From IMG/VR virus record IMGVR_UViG_3300037452_000118, positions 64,814-128,813 of that record: DNA of 64,000 nucleotides; one strand, 5' to 3'. The notes below the pieces were generated by a model, which was not told the origin of the DNA, made no database searches, and worked only from the letters and a program-made list of their open reading frames with translations. Both the position numbers and the translations under genes were made by a program. Below, piece after piece: positions 54,931-64,000 of the stretch (its first letter is position 1; each line of letters starts with the position of its first letter). This DNA is from a virus.

Positions 54931-55555
54931 AGGAACCCTTTGTCCATCGGTGGATTGTCACATCGCTAACGGAAAAGTAGGCAGCGGCTTCCTCTGCCGA
55001 TTCAAATCTGATGCCTTGGATAAACCAAATAAATGAAGACGTTCTATTCCTAGCCTGATCGCTCCACGTTCCCCAACATACGTTGCCCGGCTCATACCCT
55101 TTGGTGCCGTCTTTTCGCTCTAGCGTTGTCCCTTCAGGCCTCGGACCAAGATATTTGTAGAAAGCCTCGAACGATTCGATCCATTCTTGGCAGATGGAGA
55201 TTCCTTTGCCGCCCCACCGTGGAAAATCCTTGTGGTCTGGATTGAGGCACCTCGCTTTCATCGCTCCCCACGAAGAGTATTCCGGCGAGTATTTCATGCC
55301 ATGCGACTTCGGTGCATTCCAATCGGTCTGGCAGCCGCAATGAGTTTTCTTTTTGCCATCCAGAACGCGCCCGGCAGGAAATAGCGCAAGCACTCCGCAG
55401 TCGCATTTGAAATTGCCGAATATACGCTTGTTAGCGTCCGTCTTTTCAGCGACGCCAATGAAAGTCAGGGAGCCTATCCTCTCCCCGATGCGCGATCCAT
55501 ATCTGTTGAGCGCGAGACTCACAGTTCTATTCTCCCAAAATCGCTTTCGCCGCAT
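54866..55555 (-). CDS. HNH homing endonuclease
   Basis: CDCG..HCGC..HGM..EYSSWGAMKARC..TLERKDGTKGYEPGNVCW; start uncertain. Confidence 0.85.
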   Translation of the reverse strand: MRRKRFWENRTVSLALNRYGSRIGERIGSLTFIGVAEKTDANKRIFGNFKCDCGVLALFPAGRVLDGKKKTHCGCQTDWNAPKSHGMKYSPEYSSWGAMKARCLNPDHKDFPRWGGKGISICQEWIESFEAFYKYLGPRPEGTTLERKDGTKGYEPGNVCWGTWSDQARNRTSSFIWFIQGIRFESAEEAAAYFSVSDVTIHRWTKGSYDKRRRTTRPPKENCYAVRRY

Positions 55556-55827
55556 TGATGGCCGTCAATGGATCAATAACGGTACCGTCAGGACGCTTGC
55601 CGTGAACCAAGGCATAAAGAGCCGCCGCCATTTTCAAGCAGCGGTCTTGATAGCGCAGCATGGTTCCCCGGACCTCGTTATGCTTGCGTTTCCAGTCTTC
55701 GTCGTCGCTGATGGGTCTGATTACCTCCGCCGCCTCTTTCAGCGCGGCCGAAACGCGGCCATCTCCCTGCTGATCTGGCAGCGGTTTGGCGTCGAAAGCC
55801 ATCTCCAACAATTTACGCGCGCAAGCC

Positions 55828-56799
55828 TCACACATTGGGCGCCTTCTTGTTTCTCGATCCATAATCCGCGCAAGCCTTCATCGCCTCCGCGAACAGCTTG
55901 GCGGGGAGGTCCTTGACGGCGTCGATCTCGTACTTCTGGAGGAACGTCGCCGGCCCGACGCCGCAATCGTTGATGGCCTTGAGCAGCTCCTTCTCCTGCG
56001 AGCCGTTGATCGTCGTCGACTGCTCGTCGACCTGCTCCTCTGGCTTGGCGCCGCGCTTCGGTTTCGGATGGCCGTCACGATCTTTTTCGTCAGGCGCCTG
56101 GCTGATCAGATCGAGCAGCGTGTTCGTGTTGATCCGCTTCCCGTAGGAGATCGAGGAGTTGACGCCCTGGATGTCGTTCTTGCTGCCAGAGTTTTCGATC
56201 TTCAACGGGAGCGTCGCGGTCTTGGTGTGGCGGTAGTCCAGCCCGTGGCTGTAGGATAGCGTCGAGATGACGACGATGCCGACGCCATCCTTGCCGGGCT
56301 CGGTTGTGTGCTCCAGCGTAAAATCGTGCTTGTGCAGGATCGGCCGCGTAATGATCTGCATGTTGTCGTAGGAGGCATAAGGCGTCGACTGGATGACCCT
56401 GCCGCCCTTCTCGATCACGATCTTGTTGTCCTTGTTGATGATCGGCAGGTCTTGCTGCAGCGCGTTGTAGGCCTTGTCGTAGTAGATTTTGGCGCGCCTC
56501 GCGCGGGCTCGCTCCAGCATTGCCTCGACCATCTGCGCCTTCGCCGGATCGTTCTCGACGACGCGCAGGAGCACGGAGACTTCGTCGGCGCCTTCGTCTG
56601 TCAGAGCCCCGCGTCGTTCGGCTTTGGCGACCGCCGTCCCCGGCTTCTTCGGCGCGACTTGGGACTTCGGCGCCGGCGGCCGCTCCGTCGTCGGGGGCGG
56701 GTTGGTGTTCTTCTTCACGCTGCCCTCGTTGATCTCGACGCGCGGCTTCTGCTCCTGCTCGAACAGCGCCGGCTGCTCCTTCGCTTTGGCTCTCGTCAT
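55828..56799 (-). CDS. ERF-family ssDNA-annealing protein
   Basis: YASYD..RPILHKH..SKNDIQGVNSSISYGKR. Confidence 0.8.
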   Translation of the reverse strand: MTRAKAKEQPALFEQEQKPRVEINEGSVKKNTNPPPTTERPPAPKSQVAPKKPGTAVAKAERRGALTDEGADEVSVLLRVVENDPAKAQMVEAMLERARARRAKIYYDKAYNALQQDLPIINKDNKIVIEKGGRVIQSTPYASYDNMQIITRPILHKHDFTLEHTTEPGKDGVGIVVISTLSYSHGLDYRHTKTATLPLKIENSGSKNDIQGVNSSISYGKRINTNTLLDLISQAPDEKDRDGHPKPKRGAKPEEQVDEQSTTINGSQEKELLKAINDCGVGPATFLQKYEIDAVKDLPAKLFAEAMKACADYGSRNKKAPNV

Positions 56800-57146
56800 C
56801 TCGATGCTCCTGGTTCGATCTCTTTCCACGCGACAGCCTGGAGGTCGCCGGTCCTGCCGTCCCGCCGCCAGCAATGGATCCTACCGTGCCGCATCCCGGC
56901 GCCGCGCGACACCCCCGCTATCCGCTCGAGCCCGTTGACGGTCTTGACCAGCACCTTGCGGTCGCGCGGGATCGTCTCGATCGAGTTCCAAGTCTCGTCC
57001 GGCGGCGCCCCTTTGCCTTCCCTCAGCGCGACGATCCCCTGCTCGCGGATTTCCCTCAGCCGCCAGAGTAGCCAATCGTCATGTTTGCCGCTGGTGGCGG
57101 AGACGAAGTCCTCGAGGACCTGGCGGATGGTCGGCCTGCGCTTCAT
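56796..57146 (-). CDS. Hypothetical protein
   Basis: Coupled ORF; WNSIETIPRD motif. Confidence 0.6.
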   Translation of the reverse strand: MKRRPTIRQVLEDFVSATSGKHDDWLLWRLREIREQGIVALREGKGAPPDETWNSIETIPRDRKVLVKTVNGLERIAGVSRGAGMRHGRIHCWRRDGRTGDLQAVAWKEIEPGASR

Positions 57147-57149
57147 CCG

Positions 57150-57452
57150 TCAAATCTCTAGTTCAATCATCGGCCATTTGCCGCCGTCGATCGCCAACTT
57201 GGCCGGCATCATCGGGCCGTCTTCGGAAAGTGGGAGCGCCGCGCGATCCATCGCCAGCGCGATCGGCTTGACTTGGGTCGCTTTTATAAATCCGACGTGC
57301 TGCCCGCGCGCCCAGACCTGGACGGCGAACGGGTCGAACTTGTTGCCGTGCTCGCGGACGAGCGTCAGCGGCTCGCCCTGGGGGAGCGACGCGACGAGCG
57401 CCTCGGTCCCGCGGTGCTTCATGCCGACCAATGCAACAAGCGACTTCGTCAT
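57150..57452 (-). CDS. HIRAN-domain protein
   Basis: LVGMKHR..LTLVREHGNKFDPFAVQV..HVGFI. Confidence 0.85.
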   Translation of the reverse strand: MTKSLVALVGMKHRGTEALVASLPQGEPLTLVREHGNKFDPFAVQVWARGQHVGFIKATQVKPIALAMDRAALPLSEDGPMMPAKLAIDGGKWPMIELEI

Positions 57453-57820
57453 CGCGGCGCCCTCGGTTTTGGATCGTCGATCACCATCCCGCCGGCGGAG
57501 CGGATTCCAGTCTCGAAGGCGTTGTCGATCGCCACGGTGAGTTGCTGGAACGCCCGCTGATATTCGGCCTCGGTCAACTTGAGGCGGAAGGATTCCAGGA
57601 GGTGGGCCACCCGATCTCCGGCGGCGACCGAAGCGTCCTCGGCGTACCCCGTGGGGGGATCGAACTCGACCCGCGATCGCGTGGCCCAGGCAAACTGCTC
57701 GAACTCATCGGCGCGCATGGTGAGATCGCCGCACTTGCCGAGCGCGCCCTCGTGCGGGCCAGCAAAAAGGCGGCAGTGGACGTGGCCGCCCTTCGTCTCA
57801 TGGTAAAGTCGAAAGATCAT
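57449..57820 (-). CDS. Hypothetical protein
   Basis: GGHVHCRLFAG..CGDLTM. Confidence 0.65.
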   Translation of the reverse strand: MIFRLYHETKGGHVHCRLFAGPHEGALGKCGDLTMRADEFEQFAWATRSRVEFDPPTGYAEDASVAAGDRVAHLLESFRLKLTEAEYQRAFQQLTVAIDNAFETGIRSAGGMVIDDPKPRAPR

Positions 57821-58044
57821 ATTTTGCGCTCCCCAATCATCGCGTCGGCCGCCCGGTAGGCTTTATCGGCGATGTCACGATAGGTGGCGTCGGAAGGAGC
57901 GCCGCCCGCGATGTAGCCTTGCATCGCCGCCGCAGCGAAGTAGTCCCGCAGCGTCATGCCGTGGTTATCGTCGTAGGCCTGCGGCCCTGACGGCGTGGCG
58001 TAGCTGGAGGGAAAGGCCGCGCCTCCGTTTTCTTTTTCGCTCAC
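57817..58044 (-). CDS. Conserved phage hypothetical protein
   Basis: GGAAFP..GMTLRDYFAAAAMQG..AYRAADAMI. Confidence 0.8.
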   Translation of the reverse strand: MSEKENGGAAFPSSYATPSGPQAYDDNHGMTLRDYFAAAAMQGYIAGGAPSDATYRDIADKAYRAADAMIGERKI

Positions 58045-58363
58045 AGCTCAATCTCCCCGTTGTTGCGCCAGACCACCTCGTAGACGATCTTCGCCAGGAC
58101 CGTCGGCCAAACGGCGCCGAAGAAGACGACGAAGAAAATCTGGACGACCAGCGGCATGTCGTGGCGCAGCCAGCCGAACGGCTTCGGCAGGAAGCCGGAG
58201 CTCAGCCACAGCACCCCGATGACCCAGTAGAGCGCGAGGCCGTTGGCGACGTCGGGCGGGATCATCAGGCGACCTCGAAAAGATGGAAGATGAGCGCGCC
58301 GCCGCGAAGCATGAACGATCCCACGTATTTGCAATCATGCTTATCCGGTTGCCACACACAGCC

Positions 58364-58699
58364 CTACATCTTGTGTTTGCGTTCGGCGGGTTGCTCGGCC
58401 GCTTCATTGAACGCTCGCCGCGCCTCGGCTTCCTTGTCGATTTTTGTGTAGCCCTCGCGGAAAGCCTTGGCAGGCGAGAACGACTTGTAGCCGTCGTCGT
58501 AAACCACGTAGAAATCGCCAGCGACGGGCGTGTAGCGCGAGAACATTGGGGCGTCGCACATGATGGGGGCGTAGCCAGCGTCGCGGAACGTCAATTTGTG
58601 GCCGTTTACGGTGGCAATTTCGAGCGCCCAAACTTGCTTGTGCGAACGGTAGCGGGGCATTTCCATGGAGGTGCCAGAGTCATCGTCGGAAGGGTGCAT
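58364..58699 (-). CDS. Conserved phage hypothetical protein
   Basis: MPRYRSHKQVWALEI..YVVYDDGYKSFSPAKAFREGY. Confidence 0.8.
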   Translation of the reverse strand: MHPSDDDSGTSMEMPRYRSHKQVWALEIATVNGHKLTFRDAGYAPIMCDAPMFSRYTPVAGDFYVVYDDGYKSFSPAKAFREGYTKIDKEAEARRAFNEAAEQPAERKHKM

Positions 58700-58724
58700 G
58701 ATCTTCTCCTACATCTAGTGGGTT

Positions 58725-58964
58725 TCAGCGTTTGTGTGTCTTAACCGGATAAGCATGTTTGCAATCGAGATCGACCAGGTGGCCGGTTCCGCGAAGGCGG
58801 AAGCGCCGATCTTCGAGGCGGGCGCGATCGTCGGTTATGACCCGTGCCCAAAGGTATCCCTGCTCGTCCTGGGCTGCGACGAAAAGAAGCTCGGCATCGC
58901 GAGGCATCCTCAGCACAATTTCGTCCGAGATCGGGATCGGGAACTTCCAGACGGCGGCGCTCAC
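58725..58964 (-). CDS. Phage hypothetical protein
   Basis: GGAGG SD; VWKFPI..LWARV..GTGH. Confidence 0.65.
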   Translation of the reverse strand: MSAAVWKFPIPISDEIVLRMPRDAELLFVAAQDEQGYLWARVITDDRARLEDRRFRLRGTGHLVDLDCKHAYPVKTHKR

Positions 58965-59389
58965 ATCAACCTCCCCGGGATCATCTGGCCGCGCACGAAG
59001 TCCTCGACGTCGCGCAGCAGCACCGGCAGCTCGGCGAAGATTCCCATGTGGCCGGCGGTGCCGAGGGCTTGGCGGCAGATCGCGAGTGCCTGCTCGCGGC
59101 TATAGCGCCCGGCTTGGCTGACGCGGTCGAAGTAGCCGCATTGGCCCGGTCCCCACCAACGGCGGTGCTCGTTGGACCAGACGAGATAGGGATCGTCCGG
59201 GGCATCGACGCACGCCACGGCGGTCGGCGTCTCGACCTCGGCGTTCGCCGCGCGCAGCTCGGCGACGAGCGTCGGGTTCGGCTCGCAGAGGCCGTGACCG
59301 TGCCCAGACGCCAGCATGTTGACGCCGCCCTCGCCGCAGCGGGAGCAGAAGTAGCCTTCCATCAGGTCGCCGTTCGGACGTCGGTGCAT
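58961..59389 (-). CDS. Phage hypothetical protein
   Basis: YLVWSNEHRRWW..AGRYSREQALAIC. Confidence 0.65.
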   Translation of the reverse strand: MHRRPNGDLMEGYFCSRCGEGGVNMLASGHGHGLCEPNPTLVAELRAANAEVETPTAVACVDAPDDPYLVWSNEHRRWWGPGQCGYFDRVSQAGRYSREQALAICRQALGTAGHMGIFAELPVLLRDVEDFVRGQMIPGRLM

Positions 59390-60328
59390 TTACTTCACCA
59401 CCGACTTCGGCTTGCGGCCGCACTTGCCGCCTTCCATCTGCACGGAGTAATCGTTGCTCTTCGCCCAGGCGCGGTAGGCTTTCTCGATCGCGTCGAGCGA
59501 GAAGTGCGGCTTGAGCGCGATGAAGTCCAGCTTCGTGCGGTCCTCCACCACGGCGTAGGGCTCCGTCGCCATCGTCGTCATCGTGCCGTCGTCGCCGCGG
59601 GTCCGCATGATGTCGGCGGGCTTCTTCAGCGTATCGACGTGCGCGGCTTCGGCCTGCCCGGCCGCGATCGCGGCTCCGACTTTGGCGGTGCTGGCCTCGG
59701 TGGCAACCTCGGCGGCCTTCTCCTGCTTCTGCTCGACGATCTCCGGCTTGCGGGCGCGGTCGGCCTCCTCCTGCCGGAGGCGTGCCTCACGCGCCAACTT
59801 GTCGGCGGCGTCCTGCTCCTCCTGGGCCTTGCGGGCCGCCTCGGCGGCGATCTTGCGGAGCCGCTCCCGCTCCTGCTCCAGGACCATCGTGTCGAACGTC
59901 GTCAGCATCTCGCCGAGCACGTCGGCGGCGCCGGCGCGGTTCTTCTTGTCGCGCCGGGCCAGCTTGTCGATCCAGCCGAAAAACCGCTGGTCGACCGCCT
60001 GGCCGCCCCGGAGATATTGATTTTTTTCCTTGGCGTGGATGGCCTCCAGCGCCTTCGCCTCGTCGCGTATCCGCTTGATCAGCGAGGCGACCTTGCCCTT
60101 CTTCTCGGCGTCCTCGATCGGTTTCAGCTCGCCGGTTTCTGGATCGCGCACCAGCGCGGCGGCTTCGCCGAGCAGCGCGACGATGATCGTCTCATGCTTG
60201 CCGTAGGCCTCGTTGAGGTACCTCGTGACGTCGGCGGCGAAGTCGCCCTCGTAGCCGGCGATCAGCGCGGCGATCGGCGGATTGTTTCCCCCTATCCTCT
60301 CGCGGGGGTCGAGATCGGTGTTGCTCAA
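59390..60328 (-). CDS. Coiled-coil phage protein
   Basis: AGGAG SD, TTG start, IGGNNPP N-terminal motif. Confidence 0.75.
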   Translation of the reverse strand: MSNTDLDPRERIGGNNPPIAALIAGYEGDFAADVTRYLNEAYGKHETIIVALLGEAAALVRDPETGELKPIEDAEKKGKVASLIKRIRDEAKALEAIHAKEKNQYLRGGQAVDQRFFGWIDKLARRDKKNRAGAADVLGEMLTTFDTMVLEQERERLRKIAAEAARKAQEEQDAADKLAREARLRQEEADRARKPEIVEQKQEKAAEVATEASTAKVGAAIAAGQAEAAHVDTLKKPADIMRTRGDDGTMTTMATEPYAVVEDRTKLDFIALKPHFSLDAIEKAYRAWAKSNDYSVQMEGGKCGRKPKSVVK

Positions 60329-60744
60329 AACTGAATCTCCTCTTTGTCTTCGGATGGCGCCGGGGACGGCGCGGGTTCGATCTCGGGAGCGACCTCCGCG
60401 CCGGGCCACGGCAGCAGGTCGTTGCAGTGATAGATTATCAGGCCGCCGTCGATCTCTGGCTCGGCCGCCTTGGGGTCCAGCTTCATCACGACGTGCTCGC
60501 CGTGAATGCTGGCGGCGACGCCGAAGCAATTCTCGTCTTCCGTCGAGATTATACCTTCGCCCTCTTTCCACTTTCGCAGCGTGACGCCGATGACGTTGTC
60601 GAGCGGTATGGAGAAATCTCGATAGCGGGCGCCGACGGGGAAGACGTGAATGTTCTTGTCCTCAGCGTCGACGTCGTACTTGACCTCGACCTCGATCGTC
60701 AGCACGTCGCCCTCGCGGGGCAGGTATCCTTCAGGAAGTGGCAT
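60325..60744 (-). CDS. Hypothetical protein
   Basis: AGGAG SD, 139 aa. Confidence 0.7.
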   Translation of the reverse strand: MPLPEGYLPREGDVLTIEVEVKYDVDAEDKNIHVFPVGARYRDFSIPLDNVIGVTLRKWKEGEGIISTEDENCFGVAASIHGEHVVMKLDPKAAEPEIDGGLIIYHCNDLLPWPGAEVAPEIEPAPSPAPSEDKEEIQF

Positions 60745-61042
60745 CGGGTTCTCCTTTGGCTTTAGCGATGGCGGCGTCGAGAAGATCGACGACGTCGGTG
60801 AAGCTGTTGCGCGGCGCGATGGTGTTGACCATTTCGGCCAGCGCCGCCTCAGCTGCGGCCAGCAACACTGAGGCAGCGCCGATCAGCGCCGCGTTGGCGC
60901 GGCTTTCTTGCGCCCGGTGCTCAATGGGGTTTCGCGAGCAAATAATAAAGCGGTCAGCAAATTCCGGCGCCAAACTCCACACCTCGAAAGAACCATCCTG
61001 GCCTGCCCAAACCCACCACGTTCCCGGCGAATGCGCGCTCAC
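60731..61042 (-). CDS. Phage hypothetical protein
   Basis: HSPGTW..ANAALIGAA..AAIAKAKG. Confidence 0.7.
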   Translation of the reverse strand: MSAHSPGTWWVWAGQDGSFEVWSLAPEFADRFIICSRNPIEHRAQESRANAALIGAASVLLAAAEAALAEMVNTIAPRNSFTDVVDLLDAAIAKAKGEPDATS

Positions 61043-61260
61043 AGCGTCGGCCCCTCATATCCGAGCCGCCGCAGCGTCGCGGCCTGCCAGTCCAGATCGC
61101 AGATGTTGGTCCGCGACTCGAACGCGGCGTCGGCCGCCTTCTCGATGGCGGACTGCTCCAGGTCGGTCGGCTCGTCCCGGTCGGGGTGCAGCCGCGCGAA
61201 AACCTGCACGGCCACGCGGGCGCGGCGCTCCTCGTAGGGCGGGGCGGCGCGCTCGATCAT
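61039..61260 (-). CDS. Hypothetical protein
   Basis: Coupled ORF. Confidence 0.55.
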   Translation of the reverse strand: MIERAAPPYEERRARVAVQVFARLHPDRDEPTDLEQSAIEKAADAAFESRTNICDLDWQAATLRRLGYEGPTL

Positions 61261-61424
61261 GGCGCCGCCACCAGGATCAGCGCGGCCAAATATGGGAGAA
61301 CTTGCCAGCCGACGAAGCCGACGGCGGCGAGGAGGGCTGCGGCGACCGCGGCCCGCAGGCCGGGGTGCTCCCGGCGCGGCCCGTCGTTGAAACCTTCGAT
61401 GTTGCTGAAGTTGCCGTCTGCCAT
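61257..61424 (-). CDS. Small membrane protein, first gene of the leftward operon
   Basis: GGGGG SD, hydrophobic C-terminus. Confidence 0.5.
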   Translation of the reverse strand: MADGNFSNIEGFNDGPRREHPGLRAAVAAALLAAVGFVGWQVLPYLAALILVAAP

Positions 61425-61484
61425 TTCCGATCCCCCCTTTTCGGCCGAGGACGTGATTCCAATATGTGCACTCCGGGCGGGGAT

Positions 61485-61505
61485 GTCCACAGGCAAGTTG
61501 TGGAC
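61485..61505. promoter_or_regulatory. Operator-like inverted repeat in the divergent promoter region
   Basis: GTCCACA-N7-TGTGGAC between divergent operons. Confidence 0.55.
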
Positions 61506-61536
61506 GCCCGTACCGCCGTGTTAATGCTTTGGCGCG

Positions 61537-62010
61537 ATGCCCCAGGAAGAAGAGACCATCCGCCGCAACTTCGTCGCGATAGCGCGCGCCTACGCCGAAG
61601 GCTGCGGGGTCAGCCTGTCGACGGTGAGCGGGAAGTTCTACGGAAACGGGGCTTTTCTCGCCAAGTTCGGCGCCGGCGACGCGGCGCTGTCGACCAAGAA
61701 GATGCAGATCATGCTCGACGCCTTCCGGGCCGATTGGCCCCCGAAGACGCCGTGGCCCCAGATCAAGCCTGTCCTCATGACGCGGGGGAGGCCATCCTCG
61801 GCTGTGGAAAAAATTACCCGCGCCTGTTCCGATTCCCGCCCGAATCGCCTACCACCCTCCGGCCATGAGACGGAAGCAAAACGAGGACCTGGAGATCGTC
61901 CCGCTCGACGTCCCGCTGGACGCCGCCACGATCGCGTGGCTGGCGCGGCTGTCCCGCGCCACCGGGGACCACCCAGCGGACATGGTGGGGTCGATGCTGC
62001 GGACGATTAG
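61537..62010 (+). CDS. Cro-like HTH regulator (C-terminal extent uncertain)
   Basis: ARAYAEGCGVSLSTVSGKFYGNGAFL..WPPKTPWP; first rightward gene. Confidence 0.6.
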   Translation: MPQEEETIRRNFVAIARAYAEGCGVSLSTVSGKFYGNGAFLAKFGAGDAALSTKKMQIMLDAFRADWPPKTPWPQIKPVLMTRGRPSSAVEKITRACSDSRPNRLPPSGHETEAKRGPGDRPARRPAGRRHDRVAGAAVPRHRGPPSGHGGVDAADD

Positions 62011-62077
62011 GATCGACGACGAGGCCGCCGACCACGAGGGCCCGACGATGCCCCCGACGTCGCAGGCGAAGCACTGA
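61865..62077 (+). CDS. Small hypothetical protein
   Basis: High GC3 ORF. Confidence 0.5.
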   Translation: MRRKQNEDLEIVPLDVPLDAATIAWLARLSRATGDHPADMVGSMLRTIRIDDEAADHEGPTMPPTSQAKH

Positions 62078-62102
62078 ACCCCCAACGAGAGGAACGAGCG
62101 CG

Positions 62103-62516
62103 ATGGCGAAGGACAAGGTCGGCGAGGACGGCACGGAGCAGGTCACCGAGCAGGAGATCATCAGGCCGATCACCCCGGGCCAGCTCAAGACGCTTCTGAA
62201 GGTCCGCGACGAGGCGCGGGACGAGACGGCGGAGGCGCGCAAGAAGGTCAACGACGCCATCGAGAAGCTCCGCATGGAGAAGCACGTCCACGTCGACAAG
62301 TGGGCGCTGGGCATCGTCGAGCAGCTCCGCCAGATCGAGACCACGGAGAAGATGGCCGACAAGATCGACGTCCTGATGTACTACCTCGACGCCAGCGGGC
62401 TGACCGACAAGGCCAAGAAGGCGCAGCGGCTCGACCTCGGCGACTCCGCGCACCGGCAGCCGCCGCCGGCGGCGGCCAAGAACGTCACGACGATCCGCCA
62501 GACGGCGGAGGCGTGA
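62103..62516 (+). CDS. Helical DNA-binding-like protein (GapR/DUF2312-like, tentative)
   Basis: GAGG SD; QLKTLL..coiled coil..ALGIVEQLRQ. Confidence 0.55.
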   Translation: MAKDKVGEDGTEQVTEQEIIRPITPGQLKTLLKVRDEARDETAEARKKVNDAIEKLRMEKHVHVDKWALGIVEQLRQIETTEKMADKIDVLMYYLDASGLTDKAKKAQRLDLGDSAHRQPPPAAAKNVTTIRQTAEA

Positions 62517-62953
62517 TCGTCGTCACGCTGCCTGGCGAGCCGGAGGGGCGCAAGCAGCCGCAGCCGTTCGTCACACACAAGAACGGCCGGCCGATCGTCA
62601 TCCTGCACCCGGCCAGCGAGACCAAGAAGTACCAGAAGGCGCTCGCCTGGGCGGCCAAGGCCGCGATGGGCCAGCGCCCGCTGCTGACCGGGGCGCTCGT
62701 CGTGGTGGTCACCGCCGTGATGGGCGTCCCGAAGTCCTGGAGCAGGCGGGACCGCGACGCCGCCATCGCCGGCGTCATCCGCCCGACCGGCAAGCCGGAC
62801 TGGGACAACTTCGGAAAGCAGCTCGACGCCTTCAAGGGCGTGGTATGGGGTGACGACGCCGCAATCGTCGACGGCCGCGTAGTCAAGGTTTACGGCGAGG
62901 AGCCGCTGCTCCGCGTCGAGGTCGGCCCGGTCGAGAAAGGGACGCTGCTGTGA
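62513..62953 (+). CDS. rusA: RusA-family Holliday junction resolvase
   Basis: LPGEPEG..PTGKPDWDNFGKQLDAFKGVVWGDDAAIV. Confidence 0.85.
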   Translation: MIVVTLPGEPEGRKQPQPFVTHKNGRPIVILHPASETKKYQKALAWAAKAAMGQRPLLTGALVVVVTAVMGVPKSWSRRDRDAAIAGVIRPTGKPDWDNFGKQLDAFKGVVWGDDAAIVDGRVVKVYGEEPLLRVEVGPVEKGTLL

Positions 62954-64000
62954 CCGAGGGGCTTCGATCGATCCGCCCGCTGCCGCCGGAATCGCTGCGC
63001 GGCGTCGAGATGGCCCCCGTCGGCAAGAGGCTACCGAAGTTCGAGTGGGTCGACCCCCGGACGCTCCACGTCGAGGACTCCTACCAGCGCGCGATGGCGG
63101 GCGAGAACTCGACGCGGCTGATCCGCAAGATCGTCCGCGGCTTCAACTGGGCTCGATTTAAGGCTCCCGTTTGCGTGCGGCTACCGGAATCCGGCGACAT
63201 CCTGGTCTGCATCGACGGCCAGCATACCGCGACGGCCGCAGCGAGCCACCCCGGGGTCGAAAAGATACCGGTGATGATCGTGTCCGCGGAGGACGTCGCC
63301 GCGCGGGCCTCGGCCTTCGTCGGCCACAACCGCGACCGCCTCGGCCTGACCCAGATGGCGGTCTACCGCGCCGAGCTCGCCGCCGGCGACCCCGTCGCGA
63401 TCGTCGTCGACCGCGCCTGCCGGAGGGCCGGCGCGCGGATATTGACCAAGCCGGTCAACCTGAACCGGCCGACGACCCCGGGCGACACCATCGCCGTCGG
63501 GACGATCAGGACGCTGGCGAAGCAGCACGGCGAGGACGTCCTGGCGCGCGTGCTCGGCATCCTGACCAAAGCCGGCCGCGGCCCGATCAAGGCCGACGAG
63601 ATCGCGGCGGTGGCGATCGTCGTCATCGGCAGGGACGACCCGGCGCTCGACGGCCGCCTGGCGAGGCTGATCGCCTCCCAGAGCGCGGAGCGCTGGAAGG
63701 CCTCGGCGTCGTCGCTGACGGCCGACACCGGGGAATCGCTCCCCACCGCGATGGGCGCTGATGTGGCACGAGGCACTCGGCCTGAAGGGGACGCCGCCCC
63801 GCAAGAAGAGCACTTTCGGGGCGGCCAACTCGATCCCGGCCGCCCCCAAGGTCGTTGCAAAGCCCGCCCCGCAACAGAAGCCGAAACCTGAGCCGGAACG
63901 TCAGCCGGAGCCGAAAATCGAGCCGGCGCGCCAACGGGAACCGGAGCGGCCGGCGCCTCCTCCCGCGCCCAAGCCGTCGCCCCATGCGCCCGCGGCCGCG
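62950..64000 (+). CDS. ParB-N-like (DUF6551-like) protein with probable frameshift near 63753
   Basis: LHVEDSYQR..CIDGQH; after ATGGGCG the coding bias moves to another frame open to the window end. Confidence 0.7.

Noticed and set aside
1-64000. CRISPR array, rRNA or diversity-generating retroelement
   Set aside because: No regularly spaced direct repeats, rRNA motifs, RT gene or TR/VR pair seen; the repeated virion module is diverged at DNA level

Overview
GC-rich (pro)phage DNA, probably from an alphaproteobacterial (Rhizobiales-like) host. The host guess rests on the ADMPLKAPP-type outer-membrane protein and the gene repertoire. 1.8-42 kb (+ strand) is a contractile-tail virion and lysis module: MuF, Nudix-DUF2213 protease, scaffold, DUF2184-like capsid, DUF4054 adaptor, DUF3383-like sheath, tube, chaperone with a -1 slippery site, tape measure/lysozyme, baseplate, fibre, spike and endolysin. 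A 39-gene tRNA array covering all 20 amino acids (2988-6476) sits inside the head module and is preceded by a highly structured leader. 44.8-61.4 kb (- strand) is an early/recombination operon (DUF5131, P-loop ATPase, YqaJ, ERF, HIRAN). A divergent + strand operon starts at 61.5 kb. There are two IS1595-family elements and seven apparent homing endonuclease genes. The most unusual signals are: an HNH gene nested out of frame inside a DUF5131 gene whose frame stays open; two closed, nested-stem RNA candidates with shared end motifs; a possible Lys-codon leader switch on tRNA-Lys(UUU); and one ~55-aa module inserted ten times into five virion proteins. All family names come from motif recognition by eye and synteny. 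No searches were run.
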